This document shows positions 62,600 to 64,000 of a DNA stretch of 64,000 bases, in pieces (position 1 is the stretch's first letter; the number at the start of each line of letters is the position of its first letter). Source of the DNA: Gemmatimonadaceae bacterium (GTDB lineage: Bacteria; Gemmatimonadota; Gemmatimonadetes; Gemmatimonadales; Gemmatimonadaceae); contig JADYYN010000199.1 in assembly GCA_020853635.1 (NCBI GenBank), positions 23,016 through 87,015 on the forward strand, in the 5' to 3' direction. Position numbers and translations under genes: made by a program. The notes below the pieces were generated by a model, which made no database searches, had not been told where the DNA came from, and was given only the letters and a program-made list of their open reading frames with translations.

Positions 62600-64000
62600 T
62601 CAGAACTCCTTGCGCGTCTCTTCCATCGCGTCCGCCGCTCGCTGCACGTCGCGCGCGATGGCACGCATCTCCTGCGTCCCCGCCCCGCTGTCCGCGAGCC
62701 GCGACTCGAGCCCGGAGCTCCGCAGCCGCATCAGATCGAGCTTCATCGACTCGAGCACCAGCAGCGCGTTCTCCAACTGATGCGCCAGCGCACTGCGACG
62801 CTCGCCCAACTCGCCGAGCGTGCGCTCCTGGCGCTGCAGCAGTTCGAGCCGACGTTCGCGCTCCGGCGCATCCGCGGGCAACGCCTCCACCTCGGCGACG
62901 CGGGCACGCAGTTTCACCACCGCATCCGGTGAGGTCTCACTGTCGAGCGAGTGCAGCGCACCGGCGAGCGTGCGCACCCGCTCCACCAACGACTCCACGG
63001 TGGGCGCGATGTCAGGCAGCAACGCCTTCTCGCTCTCGGGAAGGCGATCGAGGACCGCGCGAATCTGTGCGTGCGCCGCGAACGCGTCGCGCAGCTTGGA
63101 GCCATGCGGTCCCTGCAGGATCTCGCGCGGCACATTGTCGAGCAGGCGCTCCACGGTGGTCGCGGTGGACGCGAGCGCGCCCGTGGAGAGCCGCGGCGCC
63201 GGTGCGCCCGATGCGAGCCCCGCCGACCGATCGGGGCGACGGAAGACCGCACGGATGGGGATGCCGTCGGCCCAGAGGTCGCTCAGGCGCTTGAAGATCC
63301 CGAGACTCATGCCGAGCGCCGGGAAGAGCACCCACGGGAACTGCGGCGAGAACATGAAGTTGATCACCGCGAGGAATCCGACGGTTCCCACCGTGCCCAC
63401 GATCCGCCGCCGCACCCCGGCGATCCGCTCCTCCGGCGTGCGACGCGCGAGTTCGTACTCCTGCATCGCCACGGCCGCTTCGCGCAGCGCGAGCGGTGGT
63501 CCAACGGCGACTCCGCCGCGGACCTGATCGCGCCAGCGTCGCTGCTCATCGCGCCAGCGTCGCAGGACCTCGCGCCCATGTTCACGCGTGGTCGGGTCGA
63601 ACATCCAGTCGCGCGGCAACGGCGGGAACGGCGGCGCCGGCAACGGCGTGTCGCGCTGCAGTCGCTCGATCGCGTCGATCTCCTCGCTGCGATGCCCCTT
63701 CACGGTCCCGACCGTCGCGGGGTGACTGTGGCGCGGCGTGGGTCGCGATGCTGGGAGCTCGGCGATCGGCGCGTCGACGGCGACCGCCGCCGCGAACGTC
63801 GCGGCATCCGTCCACCGCTCCTCACGGCCCTTCGCGAGCGCACGATCGATCGCCTGCACGAGATTCTGCGGCAAGTCCGGCCGCACCTGCGCGAGCGGAC
63901 GCGGCCGTTCGCTGAGGTGCTTCATGAGCATCGCCGGCGTGTTGGTCGCCTGGAACGGCAACTCGCCCGACAGCATCTGGTAGCCGACGATGCCAAGCGC
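62600..64000 (-). CDS. Ser/Thr protein kinase with 2TM domain, C-terminal part (runs off window end)
   Basis: ALGIVGYQMLSGELPF...RALAK..EERW kinase C-lobe; FLAVINF...PWVLFPALG 2TM domain; coiled-coil C-terminus. Confidence 0.85.
   Translation of the reverse strand, partial: ALGIVGYQMLSGELPFQATNTPAMLMKHLSERPRPLAQVRPDLPQNLVQAIDRALAKGREERWTDAATFAAAVAVDAPIAELPASRPTPRHSHPATVGTVKGHRSEEIDAIERLQRDTPLPAPPFPPLPRDWMFDPTTREHGREVLRRWRDEQRRWRDQVRGGVAVGPPLALREAAVAMQEYELARRTPEERIAGVRRRIVGTVGTVGFLAVINFMFSPQFPWVLFPALGMSLGIFKRLSDLWADGIPIRAVFRRPDRSAGLASGAPAPRLSTGALASTATTVERLLDNVPREILQGPHGSKLRDAFAAHAQIRAVLDRLPESEKALLPDIAPTVESLVERVRTLAGALHSLDSETSPDAVVKLRARVAEVEALPADAPERERRLELLQRQERTLGELGERRSALAHQLENALLVLESMKLDLMRLRSSGLESRLADSGAGTQEMRAIARDVQRAADAMEETRKEF

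Noticed and set aside
1-64000. tRNA, rRNA, integrase, transposase or lasso isopeptidase genes
   Set aside because: None was recognised by eye; tRNAscan-SE, Infernal and HMM searches would be needed to exclude them formally.

Overview
GC-rich bacterial genomic window. The gene content (Oar-type TonB receptor, 2TM-domain Ser/Thr kinase, style of IspH and ImuA/B) suggests Gemmatimonadota; this is an inference. From left to right: (1) 1-9.8 kb is the tail of a CDP-sugar/exopolysaccharide operon, followed by a convergent operon of TonB receptor, lipoprotein and XrtA-type polysaccharide deacetylase. (2) 10.1-17.8 kb is the stand-out system, a complete lasso-peptide cluster with TWO tandem precursor genes, split B1 (RRE) and B2 (protease), cyclase, HprK-like kinase, ABC exporter and nucleotidyltransferase. 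The predicted cores are unusually long (41 and 34 aa). They start with Phe or Leu, have Asp8, carry a Cys-Cys tail loop of variable length and both end in PTTS, which suggests disulfide-tailed, C-terminally phospho(glycosyl)ated lasso peptides. Each precursor has its own sigma54-type -24/-12 element at an identical offset and a 5'-UTR hairpin with compensatory base changes between the copies. (3) 18.4-25.4 kb is an imuA-imuB-dnaE2 mutasome cassette with a candidate direct-repeat SOS-like operator. Nonamer-repeat palindromic elements occur here, one of them inserted in-frame in dnaE2. (4) 25.5-64 kb is mostly housekeeping and metabolic genes, including an ABC-F gene split by an in-frame TAG and an SF2 helicase with unusual motif order. 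I recognised no tRNA, rRNA, CRISPR array or transposase. All calls were made by eye from motifs, and no database searches were run.
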